A DNA stretch of 64,000 nucleotides from Asterionella formosa (taxonomy: Eukaryota). The position numbers and the translations under genes were made by a program. Below the pieces are notes generated by a model. It saw only the letters and a list, made by a program, of their open reading frames with translations, was not told the DNA's origin and made no database searches. Below are positions 49,077-59,514 of this stretch, piece after piece. Position 1 is the stretch's first letter. Each line of letters begins with the position of its first letter. The stretch covers positions 1-64,000 of the forward strand of contig NKIB01012883.1 in assembly GCA_002256025.1 (NCBI GenBank), read 5' to 3'.

Positions 49077-50864
49077 TCATTGAGGTGGTTTCAAAATATC
49101 ATCATTTGTTTCATCAATTTCTATCCACCGTTGATTCAATGGAACCGCCTTGGTGCCAGTAAAGATAGAAAAGAACTTGTCGGCGTTGTCCGCATCACGG
49201 AAGGTCTTCCACTCGTTCTCCTCGGGATTTAGTGGATCCAAATTGGCGCGATGCTCACTAGACAACAGTTGAAAGTTGCGGAGATTCTGACCCTGTTCGT
49301 TCAATAAGGTATAGTTTCCAATATCAACAGGGTACTTGGCATCCTTAAGGGTTCGTGCCATTAGTAACAGATCGTACTTAGAATAGTCTCCCTGGCTAAC
49401 CCAGTATGGATGATCGTCGTTGGTCAAGTAGTCATCCCAGGCACCGTCGAGTGAGCTCCAAGCTTCTCTAAAGTTAGGATCCATGTAGTAGCGTGCATAA
49501 GGATACTGCATTTCTGTCAGAGCCTGTTGGATGTTTTCTTGGCGCATCTCTTCAGCAGAAGGAATTGGCGTTTCTCCGAGCACAAAATTTACCAATAACC
49601 ATGCCATGGCATCAATTCCGAGCAATGGGTAGTCACTGTGGTTGTGGCGAAGATACATCATGTTGGGGTTGTCAATTAGAAGGCCACGATATATGTCCGG
49701 GTATGTCACATAGCCTCCCGAAAAGCTCACCTTGCCTGGTTTTACATCACCAAGACTAAGATTGTTGGGCTTCATTTTCCAATCAGCTGGTACTGGCAGC
49801 TCCTGCTCGCCGTACCTTTCAAAGGGTGCTCGTAGCGAAGGCTCAAGCATATCGAGTTGTTTTTCATATCCAGTGCACAAGATGACCGTGTCTATATCGC
49901 TCAACTCTCTTGAGACATCTCCAATTATATCGTAAGTACTGCCTTCCACCCATAAACATCTTTTGAATTGTATTTTACTATTGACAACACCGATTGGTGT
50001 CTCTTCCAGAAAAACCTCTACTTTGTTCATCGGCCAGGCTGAGGTCCAACTCACAACGTTCTCAGTTCCTCTAGATGAAATATATACTTGTTGTACGCCA
50101 AACTTGCAAGCCATTAAGGCCAAGTCTTCTGCCGAATATGATCCACCAACAATCAAAATCCGTTTTCCCCTAACGTCGTCCTCAAAGTTGTCGGTGTCAG
50201 TGCTGTGAATCACACGACCGCGAAAGTTGGAAAATGTCGCTACCATGGATTGCGGAATGCTTGGCTTCCCATTATCCCCGGCTGCCCAAATGCAAACATC
50301 GTAATGGTGTGTCTCCGTGGTACTCATACCTCGCTTCGTGACTGTGACTTGAAACTTGTGTATGTCTTCCTTCCAGACTACAGATTGCACAGCCGTATTG
50401 AAGTGAACGTATTTTTCGAAGAAATCAGGGCAATGCTTGGTCACTCTTTTGACCATGTAATCCAACAACGCCCGCCTCGGCATGTATACTGGTAAGGCAT
50501 GACCAAAGTGCTCATCGTAGGTATGATCAAAGAATTCAATTCCTTCCTTTGCTCCGTTGGTCCACAATGCCTCGTACATGTTGGGATGAGATTGCTCGTC
50601 ACGTGGCACGTCCGAGTGTTTCTTCTCATCGAAACTTTCATCATAAAAGCTTCGTTGAGACCTCCAAACTCCACCGCAAGAGTTAGCCCGTTCATAGCAA
50701 GTAATCGTGGGAAGGTGTGCCTCATTGTGACCCCCGCCGAGTTGCCGTCTCTTGTGCTCCATAGCATTGCAAAAGAACATGCCACCAGGGCCGCATCCAA
50801 TGACAACAACGGATTTCTTATTAGGAAAGACGCTAGCTGTTGGTGGTCCCTTGGGCGTCGTCAT
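49077..50864 (-). CDS. Flavin-containing monooxygenase, trimethylamine monooxygenase (Tmm)-like
   Basis: GCGPGG, GGVW, MYEALWTNGAKEGIEFFDHTYDEHFG, FRGRVIHS, GGSYSAED, DTVILCTGY; intronless; likely ATG at 50864. Confidence 0.9.
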   Translation of the reverse strand: MTTPKGPPTASVFPNKKSVVVIGCGPGGMFFCNAMEHKRRQLGGGHNEAHLPTITCYERANSCGGVWRSQRSFYDESFDEKKHSDVPRDEQSHPNMYEALWTNGAKEGIEFFDHTYDEHFGHALPVYMPRRALLDYMVKRVTKHCPDFFEKYVHFNTAVQSVVWKEDIHKFQVTVTKRGMSTTETHHYDVCIWAAGDNGKPSIPQSMVATFSNFRGRVIHSTDTDNFEDDVRGKRILIVGGSYSAEDLALMACKFGVQQVYISSRGTENVVSWTSAWPMNKVEVFLEETPIGVVNSKIQFKRCLWVEGSTYDIIGDVSRELSDIDTVILCTGYEKQLDMLEPSLRAPFERYGEQELPVPADWKMKPNNLSLGDVKPGKVSFSGGYVTYPDIYRGLLIDNPNMMYLRHNHSDYPLLGIDAMAWLLVNFVLGETPIPSAEEMRQENIQQALTEMQYPYARYYMDPNFREAWSSLDGAWDDYLTNDDHPYWVSQGDYSKYDLLLMARTLKDAKYPVDIGNYTLLNEQGQNLRNFQLLSSEHRANLDPLNPEENEWKTFRDADNADKFFSIFTGTKAVPLNQRWIEIDETNDDILKPPQ

Positions 50865-50929
50865 GCTGACATAGATGTAGGAGACAGCATTGTAAAGAAT
50901 AAGAGGGTTTGGTTTTAGGTTAGAAGTTT

Positions 50930-51423
50930 GTACCTGGTACTGTATTGAGATTGCAAAGCATGAACGACACATCATACCGTACCTGGTACCAGGTACCAGG
51001 TTCCCTGATGGTTTCACAGTGCCGGTACCTGGTACCGGCATTGTTAGCTACCGGTAATACCAGGTACCTGGTACCGGTACCAGGTACTGTATTTCAAATT
51101 CCGGTATCCCAGCCAGCATTCAGGAATGATTGATGTACCGGTACCGATAATAGACAATGATACCAGTATCATTCAGCATGATACGACTGAGCTAACCGTA
51201 GCTAGTACCGGTACACCGGTCCTGGTACCAGTGTACAGTACATGGTACTAACAGGTATACCAAAGTAAATCTAATTTACTATGATAGGTATCAGCAGGGT
51301 ACGCTACCAGTATACCGTATGGTCTATTACAGTCATATTTTATATTACTAACGGTAGTCTACCGGTCTACCGGTAGTCTACTCCGAGAACAAACACCGAT
51401 AGTATCTACCGGCATACCGGTAT
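50930..51423. repeat. Densest GGTACC/ACCGGT palindromic array, in the FMO-VPS53 divergent intergenic region
   Basis: Perfect 24-bp palindrome GTACCTGGTACCGGTACCAGGTAC (51064-51087); 21-bp quasi-palindrome (51020-51040). Confidence 0.9.
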
Positions 51424-51449
51424 AGTCATTGCATTTGCTTCCGTTGACC

Positions 51450-54275
51450 ATGTCGAACACGACTACCTCCCCTAATTCCCCGCACCCAAGCAGCGGCTTC
51501 AAAACTCCTGCTTCCATTGACCCCGACGCCTTGCTAGATAGCCTCGATGCCTTTTCTTCCAAACGCGCTGCCCTCGGGGCTTCCAAGGGCCAAGGCATGA
51601 CCTTGCCCATGTCCTTGGATCCAGTCGACTTTCTCAATCGGCACTACACGACGGAAGCCGTGCTACAGAGCCAACTCGTGCCACTAAGAAACGCGGTAGA
51701 AGAACGTATGGAATCTTTGGAAGATAGGATTTCTCACGCACTTCAACGCCAAAGCGAAACTGCCGATGCCACCAAGCGGCATGTTCAAGACGCCAAGGCC
51801 AGCGTTGTGTCGCTCGAACGGCGGATTCGACTAGTACAGGAAAAGGCCAGCCAAAGTGAGCGGGCTGTATTGGAAATAACAAAGGACATGAAAAGATTGG
51901 ATTGCGCAAAGCGACATTTGCAGAGGACAATTACGACGCTGAAGAGATTGCACATGTTGGTTCACGCCGTGGAGCAATTGAGGTTGGCGTGCTTGTTGAA
52001 GCCCTTCCCAGATTACAGAAACGCATCTCATTTAGTCGATGCCACACGTCTGCTCTTGAAACATTTTGAAGCATATACGCTCAAGGTCGAACCCATGAGA
52101 TTGTTGGAAATTAAAGTCATGGACTTGCAATTAGACTTGAAGAAGGGGATCACCAGAGGCTTTCGTGTCGTAGGATTTGGCATGGTTAAGGCGTTAGAAA
52201 TGGAGGGGGCGCCAGTAATTAATGGCAAAGATGATAATGAAGTTATGTCTATCATGACAACACAAGTCATGGCAGATGGAACACTGTTGGTAGATAGTCT
52301 TGGCCTCGATTCCAGAGAAGCGTTTTTGCAAACCATTTGTGACGACCATTTGCGGCCATATAAGACACTCTTTCTACCGCAAGCCGCACCAAACAAAAAA
52401 TCGAAACCTCAGCATTCCTTCAAAATTCAGGAGGAAATCGTCGAAGAAAAGCCTGCATATGCCCTCGAACAAGTGGAGCGTCGGTTTGCTTGGTTCAGGC
52501 GCCTCTTGCGAGAAATGGACGAGAAGTTTCCCGGTGTCTTTCCTCATTATTGGAATTTTCAATACGTCTTAACTAAGCACTTCCTTGAGTTAACTCACAA
52601 TCATCTACTGGATCTATTTCGTGGACCAACCAAGGATAAAGATAGCCAAAATGCAACACTATTATTGAAGGCCTTGCAAAAAACAATTTTGTTTGAAAAA
52701 GAAATGATGGCATGGTTGCAGCGTGATTATAAAACTGTCTTTTTGTTGCACAGTGCAGATGGAACAAGGGCGCCAGCTTCTCATGTGCAGGATGACGAGA
52801 GCTTGGAGTTTGATCTAGATGGCAAGGCCGTCGCTGCAGGCAGCGCAGAGGGGATTCGTATCAAGTATGAACGACAAAAGCGAGATCAGCGAAAAGGCGA
52901 AAAAATTGCAGCTGCTGCACTAGACGAAGGACGCGCATCGGCCGAACAAGTACCAGTTGAAACGTTGGTTGGAATCGCATCTTCTGCCTTTGATGATTAC
53001 ATGGGGCCATATATTGCCCTGGAAGAACAGTCAATGGACGAACAACTCGTCGAATCATTGGGGGACGGAGCTGTTGATAGTCGCGGTGAACTCCCAGTCT
53101 TTACATCATCTACTTCCCTTTTCGTTTACATCAAGGGTAGCATTACACGTTGTACAGCAATGACCAAGGGAAAGGCATTCTTCTTGCTGTTTCAATCATT
53201 TCAAGATTCTCTCAACAAATATGCCCAAGTACTTTCTAGCAAGTTACCAGTTAATGGATCGGAGAAACCCTCTGTTGCGGTAGGAGGTCTCAAGTTAACA
53301 GCATCGTCGTTTGGAAAACATGCAGAAAATTCCTCGACAATTATTCCTCCCGGCGGGGAAGTTACTGTCTGTCATGTAATTTCCACTTGTGAATACTGTG
53401 TTGATACGGTAGAAGCCCTGCAGGATTTGATTCGCGACACAATCGACGCCGAGTTTCAAGAAAGAATTGACGTGACGAATCAGCAGGATCATTTCCACGA
53501 TGTCACTGCCAAGAGTATCCGCGTCCTGGTAGCTGGTTTGATGAACAGAAATGAAAGTGTCTTGAATACAATGCAGAACACTAAGTGGGAAACGTTTGAT
53601 GAAGTTGGAGAGGAGAGTTGGTATGTGAGATCTGTTCACAAGGAGACAGAACCGTTTGTGGCGCTTATTCGAGGTTTACTCCCAGCCTCCTATTTTCGTT
53701 CCTTTTGCGATAAGTTTGCCATGGTGTTCACCACGACATACTACGAAACATTGATTCGCCTGAAGCGAATCAGTGAACAAGGAAGTCAGCAGCTCTTGCT
53801 CGATGTATACAATATTAAGACATTGTTACTGAGGTTGCCAGTTATTGAAGCGACAAATCTGAAGTCACCAAAGAAGGGGTCTGCTGGCTCTACTATTCCT
53901 CCAGCAATCTACACAAAGATGGTGACAAAACAGTTCAAGCGAATTGAGACACTCCTCAAATTGGTAGGGACTCCTCAACCGTTGTTGGTGGAACTGTTTA
54001 AAGTACAATGGGTAGGAGGTAGCGCACTGGATCTTCAAACAGTCATGTCTCTCAAGGGAATGAAACGAACAGATATGGCAATCATGTTGGAGAAGCTTGG
54101 TCTCGATTCAGCCACAGCCATGAAAGGCGCCACTATTGGTGTTACTGGAAGTTCCATAGTATCTGAGCATGTGGCGCAGTTGCGAGAACAGAGCTCAGAT
54201 GTTGCCGCAAAGGTCAATTCAGATCTCAGCCAAATGCGACAGAAAGTGGACGATTTCAGGCGAGCTTTCCGCTAG
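51450..54275 (+). CDS. VPS53: GARP complex subunit Vps53
   Basis: DPVDFLN, KASQSERAVLEITKDMKRLDCAKRHLQRTITTLKRLHML, ERRFAWFRR, VFTSSTSLF, TCEYC, GSQQLLLD. Confidence 0.95.
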   Translation: MSNTTTSPNSPHPSSGFKTPASIDPDALLDSLDAFSSKRAALGASKGQGMTLPMSLDPVDFLNRHYTTEAVLQSQLVPLRNAVEERMESLEDRISHALQRQSETADATKRHVQDAKASVVSLERRIRLVQEKASQSERAVLEITKDMKRLDCAKRHLQRTITTLKRLHMLVHAVEQLRLACLLKPFPDYRNASHLVDATRLLLKHFEAYTLKVEPMRLLEIKVMDLQLDLKKGITRGFRVVGFGMVKALEMEGAPVINGKDDNEVMSIMTTQVMADGTLLVDSLGLDSREAFLQTICDDHLRPYKTLFLPQAAPNKKSKPQHSFKIQEEIVEEKPAYALEQVERRFAWFRRLLREMDEKFPGVFPHYWNFQYVLTKHFLELTHNHLLDLFRGPTKDKDSQNATLLLKALQKTILFEKEMMAWLQRDYKTVFLLHSADGTRAPASHVQDDESLEFDLDGKAVAAGSAEGIRIKYERQKRDQRKGEKIAAAALDEGRASAEQVPVETLVGIASSAFDDYMGPYIALEEQSMDEQLVESLGDGAVDSRGELPVFTSSTSLFVYIKGSITRCTAMTKGKAFFLLFQSFQDSLNKYAQVLSSKLPVNGSEKPSVAVGGLKLTASSFGKHAENSSTIIPPGGEVTVCHVISTCEYCVDTVEALQDLIRDTIDAEFQERIDVTNQQDHFHDVTAKSIRVLVAGLMNRNESVLNTMQNTKWETFDEVGEESWYVRSVHKETEPFVALIRGLLPASYFRSFCDKFAMVFTTTYYETLIRLKRISEQGSQQLLLDVYNIKTLLLRLPVIEATNLKSPKKGSAGSTIPPAIYTKMVTKQFKRIETLLKLVGTPQPLLVELFKVQWVGGSALDLQTVMSLKGMKRTDMAIMLEKLGLDSATAMKGATIGVTGSSIVSEHVAQLREQSSDVAAKVNSDLSQMRQKVDDFRRAFR

Positions 54276-55346
54276 ATCTCCTCCAAAGTTCCCTGTATAG
54301 TTTTGGATATTCGTTTAGTCTTTTTTGCACTTGAAAATGCTATTAGATCTACCCATATTTATTTTCGTTCATGATGATTCAGCTGATCTGAAGCAACAAA
54401 AAGGCGAAGTTGACAATAAAGAAATGCTTCACAGTCTTGAATATGGGCTGCAAAATGAACCAAATTTTGGGACAACTAATGCATCCGTAGTCACTACGAC
54501 TATGCATGGCATAAACTTGTCTGAAGGTATGTCTGAGCTTAGGTGTATGCCCTCATGACCACGAGCAATGGAGCAAATAGTACACCAGTCCAAACTAGTT
54601 GGTTTTGGTCTAGGAATGATAAATTATTTCTGTATAGCTGATTCCAGAAGCCTTGTGTCAATTCATGCCTCTTAGCAGGAGGAAATTGGAGATATGGATC
54701 AGAGTTTTGGAGAAGTCTACAAGCTATATTTAGTGTCCCACAGTGTACGTGGACATATTCACCAATTAACAACTGAATTCATAATCTCCTCTCACCCGTA
54801 TTTCAAATCCTTTTTTATACCTACAAATTTTTTGCATTGATGACCCTGGTTGGTGTACCAACAAACTGTCATTGAAAAAATCCGCTGTGATTGAAAGTCC
54901 ATCATAATTTTTAGCATTCTATGCAAGTATTTGTTGATGTACCGGGTATCAGCAGGCAGCAAGGCATCGAACCAGTTGTCCGTGATGCAGGAAATCAAAA
55001 GACACAGCAAGACAAGGAAGATGCACTTAAGAAGGTTGCACACTTGCCTGACCAGCATGCTCTTTTGTACAAGGTGCAGATGATGCCATTGTCAGATCTT
55101 CTTCACTACATTTGCATCTTGAGAACTTTTCATCACAAATATTGCAAGACACAAAAGCTTAATGAAGTTTTTCTTTTATCAAGCTTTGATCAAAGTTAAA
55201 ATCATGAAACATATTCTGCTACATTTTTATACTGTAGTCCAATTGAAATACAGACGAAACAGAATGCCTGCTGGTATAACAGTTTGTATATATATATAGG
55301 AATAAGTATATAAACAATCCTAACAATCATCAGCATTGGCTTTTCT

Positions 55347-55630
55347 TGGTACCAGGTACCTGGTACGCATGCTTATCGGTACTTGCCAACCGTATATGGT
55401 AGTTCCACTTGCTTGCGATCTGTTCTATATACCGGTATGTACCGTTCAGCATTCATCATAGTAGTTGGGGCCTTATATTATGTCATGTACAATGTGATTT
55501 AGTATGATTCAAAAAATCTACCCGTTACTATCGGCGCAGGGGCCCCGGAGTCGGCTTGTACCAGAATGTACTTCGGGCATGTTTACATTGGAGCTATTTG
55601 TTGAGCAAATAGCCGGTACTGGTGGTACCT
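55347..55630. repeat. GGTACC motif cluster upstream of nicastrin
   Basis: 18-bp palindrome GTACCAGGTACCTGGTAC and further CCGGTAC/GGTACC words. Confidence 0.75.
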
Positions 55631-55781
55631 GCTATCTGTTCTGGCGGATTAGAGAAACATTGCTCCCTTTATATCCATCCTGCTCTACATACATACCAGC
55701 TACCAGTATTGGCCCAACAACTCTACCTTGCACACAAGCTAAGTTTGTTCAACCGTTCAACTACCTCAAACCCCGAAGACA

Positions 55782-58058
55782 ATGCTGAAATCCCTTGCGG
55801 TCCTGCTGTCGTGTTTGCTTCATTCAACACGAATCCAAGCGAGTGGCACCCCTTCTCTCGACAAACCCTTTGAAACGAGCTTCTCTTACCTCTCGCATGT
55901 CCCGTGTGTGACCCTCTTTCATCGCAATGGTCAAATGGGATGTGGAACGACCGATCGAACATTGCAGATAGGCAATCTGGAATATTACGCCAAGGAGGAT
56001 TGGTCGACACCTACCGAAAAATACGTTGTGGTCTTGGAAGACTACTTGCTCAGCAACGAGCTTGTCCAGGAGTTTTTCAGCAATAACAAGAACGGATTGC
56101 TTCAAGGACTGTTGGTATTAAACTCGACGAAAGAAGGGGCTGCTATCTACTCTCCGGCAGTTCGGGGGCCGTCGGGCAAACGCACTCCTGCACAAAAGTT
56201 GAACTATGGAAATTCAGCTTACCAGTGGAATATCTACGGAGATGGACTATCGGAAACAGCGCTTCATGGGCTTCCCATGGCATATGTAACCCAAGTAGAC
56301 GTCTCGGACACGCTCAGAACGGCGAGTCAGAACCCTTCAGATGATTTTTCCATCGTTGCAGAGTTTAACTACTACATGGGGCCCGACGAAATGACATCAG
56401 ACATATGCCTGAGTTGGGTCGACCAAGGCGACAACGTGTGGCGCCCCAAGTGTTTGCCATTGGGTGGGACGTCTGTGTGGGCAACAGCTGGAACCGTTTC
56501 CTCGGCACGTCGCTTGGCGGCTGCAGCGAAAGAAGTCGTCATGGTAGCGACCAGTATTGATGCTAGTTCACTCTTTCATGATGCCTCCCCTGGGATTAAT
56601 ACGGCAGCAAGTAACATTCTTACATTACTCATGGCTGCCAAGTTGGTTGGAGGGATCGACACTTCCACCATTGCAGACCTAAGCAAGAAAATTGCCTTTG
56701 GCTTTTTCCAAGGCGAAGCCTTCGGCTTTTTGGGATCAAGAGCCTTCTTGAACGATGTCATGGGCTTTGAGTGTGCAACTGACATGACTGTCCCTTCAGT
56801 TTGGAAAACGAGGAATACATCGCTTTGGCCTGAAATGGCATGTTTATATCCTCTTCGACCATCGCTTGAATTTCAAAAACTCGGTACAATCGCCGGCATG
56901 ATTTCTGTCGATCAGGTTGCTGTCTTAGCGAATGCTCAGCAGTTCTATGTTCATCAAGACGCAACTGATTTTGGTACATTTGTGTCAGAAGTACTCCAAG
57001 CTTCGTCATCAAATGACTACTCTGTATCGGCTATACAAATCCAAGCCGACGACGATCATTTTTCCAATGCAGATGTGACAGTGCCGCCGACGCCACTCAC
57101 TTCTCTCCTCTCGCTCACGGGCGGAGCAACTGGGGGTGCTGTCTTGACTGGATTTGGGAAGGCTTTTGCAGGATACTATCACTCGCACCGTGACACGACG
57201 TGGGATCAAATTATTGATTTGAATGCAATTGCAACAGCAGCAACTTTGATGGCTAGGGCAGCGGTAGCGGCGGCATATGACACTGGAAGTTTTGACAGTC
57301 AAACTGCGGCGGCATATGCTGTCAAAGTAGTCCCGGAGCTATCGTCAGACGATAGTACAATGAAGACTCTCAAAGACTGTTTATTTTACAACGGCGATTG
57401 TGATATGTTGCGCAATTATGCTAAAATGGAGCAAGCTAATGATAAATCATTGACTGGCATTGATTTGGGCATCGGTATTCCTCTGGGAAGTCCTCCCAAC
57501 TACTACGTGAGTGTATTTGATCTTAATCATGGTCAACCCTTTGTGCAAGTTGGTGAGGCTTGGTATGGATCATACACCGGAGGTGATTATGGCAAGAAAG
57601 AATCAGATACCTTTGGTATGCGGCCATCCTTGCTGGAAATGTCTATTAAGGGGATGCTCAATGACTTCCTGGGTCGGGTTACAAAAGTCACACTTACCAA
57701 TTGCAAGACCACGAGTGATTGCTCGAGAATCGACTACTGTTCTGAGTCAGCTGCAATTTGTTCAGGAGGAAACGTTTGCGTTTGCACTCAGGCTCACTAC
57801 CACATCGCCTTAGACGAGGCATTGCTGGCGGCCCCCAACAATGTCACTGGACGGTTTTTGGTGAATGGCAAAGATCAAGGAATTAGCGGGATGTACACAG
57901 AACCGAATTGGTCAAACGAAGTTGGTATTCGTGTGTATCGGGATGCCGAAAATTCGGCTGGTACGAAGACGTTGATTTCTGGATTGTTCTTGGCAGGTTT
58001 CTGCGTGCTTTCAACTACGTTGATTAGATCCAAAATGGTCAAAGAAAAGCTTTACTAG
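55782..58058 (+). CDS. NCSTN: Nicastrin (gamma-secretase subunit)
   Basis: Signal peptide, PCVTLF...MGC, WN..GDGL, CLPLGGTSVW, DASSLFH..PG, FFQGEAFGFLGSRAFL (DYIGS equivalent), YYHSHRD, YTEPNW, C-terminal TM helix. Confidence 0.9.
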   Translation: MLKSLAVLLSCLLHSTRIQASGTPSLDKPFETSFSYLSHVPCVTLFHRNGQMGCGTTDRTLQIGNLEYYAKEDWSTPTEKYVVVLEDYLLSNELVQEFFSNNKNGLLQGLLVLNSTKEGAAIYSPAVRGPSGKRTPAQKLNYGNSAYQWNIYGDGLSETALHGLPMAYVTQVDVSDTLRTASQNPSDDFSIVAEFNYYMGPDEMTSDICLSWVDQGDNVWRPKCLPLGGTSVWATAGTVSSARRLAAAAKEVVMVATSIDASSLFHDASPGINTAASNILTLLMAAKLVGGIDTSTIADLSKKIAFGFFQGEAFGFLGSRAFLNDVMGFECATDMTVPSVWKTRNTSLWPEMACLYPLRPSLEFQKLGTIAGMISVDQVAVLANAQQFYVHQDATDFGTFVSEVLQASSSNDYSVSAIQIQADDDHFSNADVTVPPTPLTSLLSLTGGATGGAVLTGFGKAFAGYYHSHRDTTWDQIIDLNAIATAATLMARAAVAAAYDTGSFDSQTAAAYAVKVVPELSSDDSTMKTLKDCLFYNGDCDMLRNYAKMEQANDKSLTGIDLGIGIPLGSPPNYYVSVFDLNHGQPFVQVGEAWYGSYTGGDYGKKESDTFGMRPSLLEMSIKGMLNDFLGRVTKVTLTNCKTTSDCSRIDYCSESAAICSGGNVCVCTQAHYHIALDEALLAAPNNVTGRFLVNGKDQGISGMYTEPNWSNEVGIRVYRDAENSAGTKTLISGLFLAGFCVLSTTLIRSKMVKEKLY

Positions 58059-58167
58059 ATGAATCTAGATATTATGTAAGTTATGAGTACATCGGTTCGG
58101 TTTCATTGTGTTTGATTTGTTCATGAGGCCTCTTTTAGTAATCGCATGGTACCCCTTCGTCTACCAT

Positions 58168-58764
58168 TTAAAAAGAAAGGACTCTTTCCACAGCAACACA
58201 CAGGTATTCTGAGCTAGAAACGTTTTGCAGAGCAGAAGCAGCATAGGCTGCACGCCGCTGCGCTGCATTGGCGCACACCAGTTTGAAATCCGTCTGCAAA
58301 AGGCTATCCATGACCAATACAATGTGCACATGATGTTTTGGAAGTTCATTGGGAATATTCTTACAAAGTATGGGGTATAGAAAGAAGTTAAGATCCATTC
58401 TTGCCATGCAAGGATTGACCACTCCGATATGATGCCAAGAAGGTAGAGGGATGAAATTGGACGATGAAGGCATTACACAAAATTCATAAATGTAAACTGA
58501 CTTTTCTCCATTTTTGGTTCGTCTCTTTCGTCGATTATTCATCAAGTACAAATCCCATGTTCCACGGCTATGCTCAAGAAAGTGCTGCTCCTTAACTTCA
58601 ACGACGCGCTTGCCACTGTTTTTGCAACAACCCCAATGCGGTAAATTGAATTCTGGAAGAATGGCCTGGGCATGAATGATTCTGGCATTAATACCCAAGT
58701 GAGTGAGAGTGTGTCTTCCCGTGATGCGAGACCCCCAAAAATCAGTTCTGTGATAGAGCTTCAT
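58168..58764 (-). CDS. Hypothetical protein (~198 aa)
   Basis: Uninterrupted ORF with ATG at 58764, CpG retained, divergent from DDX52 across a GGTACC array; no recognised domain. Confidence 0.45.
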   Translation of the reverse strand: MKLYHRTDFWGSRITGRHTLTHLGINARIIHAQAILPEFNLPHWGCCKNSGKRVVEVKEQHFLEHSRGTWDLYLMNNRRKRRTKNGEKSVYIYEFCVMPSSSNFIPLPSWHHIGVVNPCMARMDLNFFLYPILCKNIPNELPKHHVHIVLVMDSLLQTDFKLVCANAAQRRAAYAASALQNVSSSEYLCVAVERVLSF

Positions 58765-58916
58765 CTTGTTTGTGTTGATGAATGAAATCAAAATGTGAGA
58801 ATGTGAACGGATTGTTTGCGTCGTTGCAGAACACGTTCGTTTTTGCCACCGACATCAAAAACGATGTTTTAGATAATGCATTGCTTTCACACATGTTGTT
58901 GTTTCGACAATTACAA

Positions 58917-59308
58917 CCGGTAATCTCGATCGGGTACTACCTGGTACTGGTACTCGTACTGTACATAGATCTATACACATATTTTTTACCGGTATGTACT
59001 GGTACTCTGGTCCCTGTACCTGTAGGGTACCGGTAGTCTACCAGGTACCTGGTACCAGTACCTACAAGTGGGACTTATTATGCGTTTATTTCGAACGCAA
59101 TCTTTGGGCGTCTGGCCGCTACCCTGTAGAGTATCGCTATAACATATGTGCTGGTATTTTCATTTTCGAAATCTAAAAAACTTGCCGTTCCGTCGTACAT
59201 CCAGTACCTGGTACAGAATACGGTTCATAGACGGGAATATAGCAGTATATCTATGTATGTAGTGTGGTGCTGGATTACCGTACAAGCACCATACCAGGTA
59301 CCAGGTAC
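58917..59308. repeat. GGTACC motif array upstream of DDX52
   Basis: TACCAGGTACCTGGTACCAGTACC, TACCAGGTACCAGGTAC and related words. Confidence 0.85.
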
Positions 59309-59514
59309 AATGAGTAAAAGCAACGACGCACAGCCATCAGTCAATGGGGAAAAACTTTAGCCAGGATAACCTTGAACAAATAAAGCAAACTAAAAATGTA
59401 AAGCGATTCCTATTTTATTTTGTAAGGAATATTCTTCACATCGACTCTGTCAACAAAAGACCACAAGGCAATCCTTCTTTACTCTGTCCCCTACTAAGGA
59501 AAAACAAGGATACG

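Noticed and set aside
50930..51423. CRISPR-like or telomeric interpretation of the arrays
   Set aside because: No constant repeat with unique spacers, no cas genes, eukaryotic context, mixed orientation and no long TTAGGG-type tract
20822..54275. Apparent enrichment of trafficking/translocation genes (TRAPPC2, SND3, ALB3, Sec66, VPS53)
   Set aside because: Spread over more than 30 kb among unrelated genes; compatible with chance
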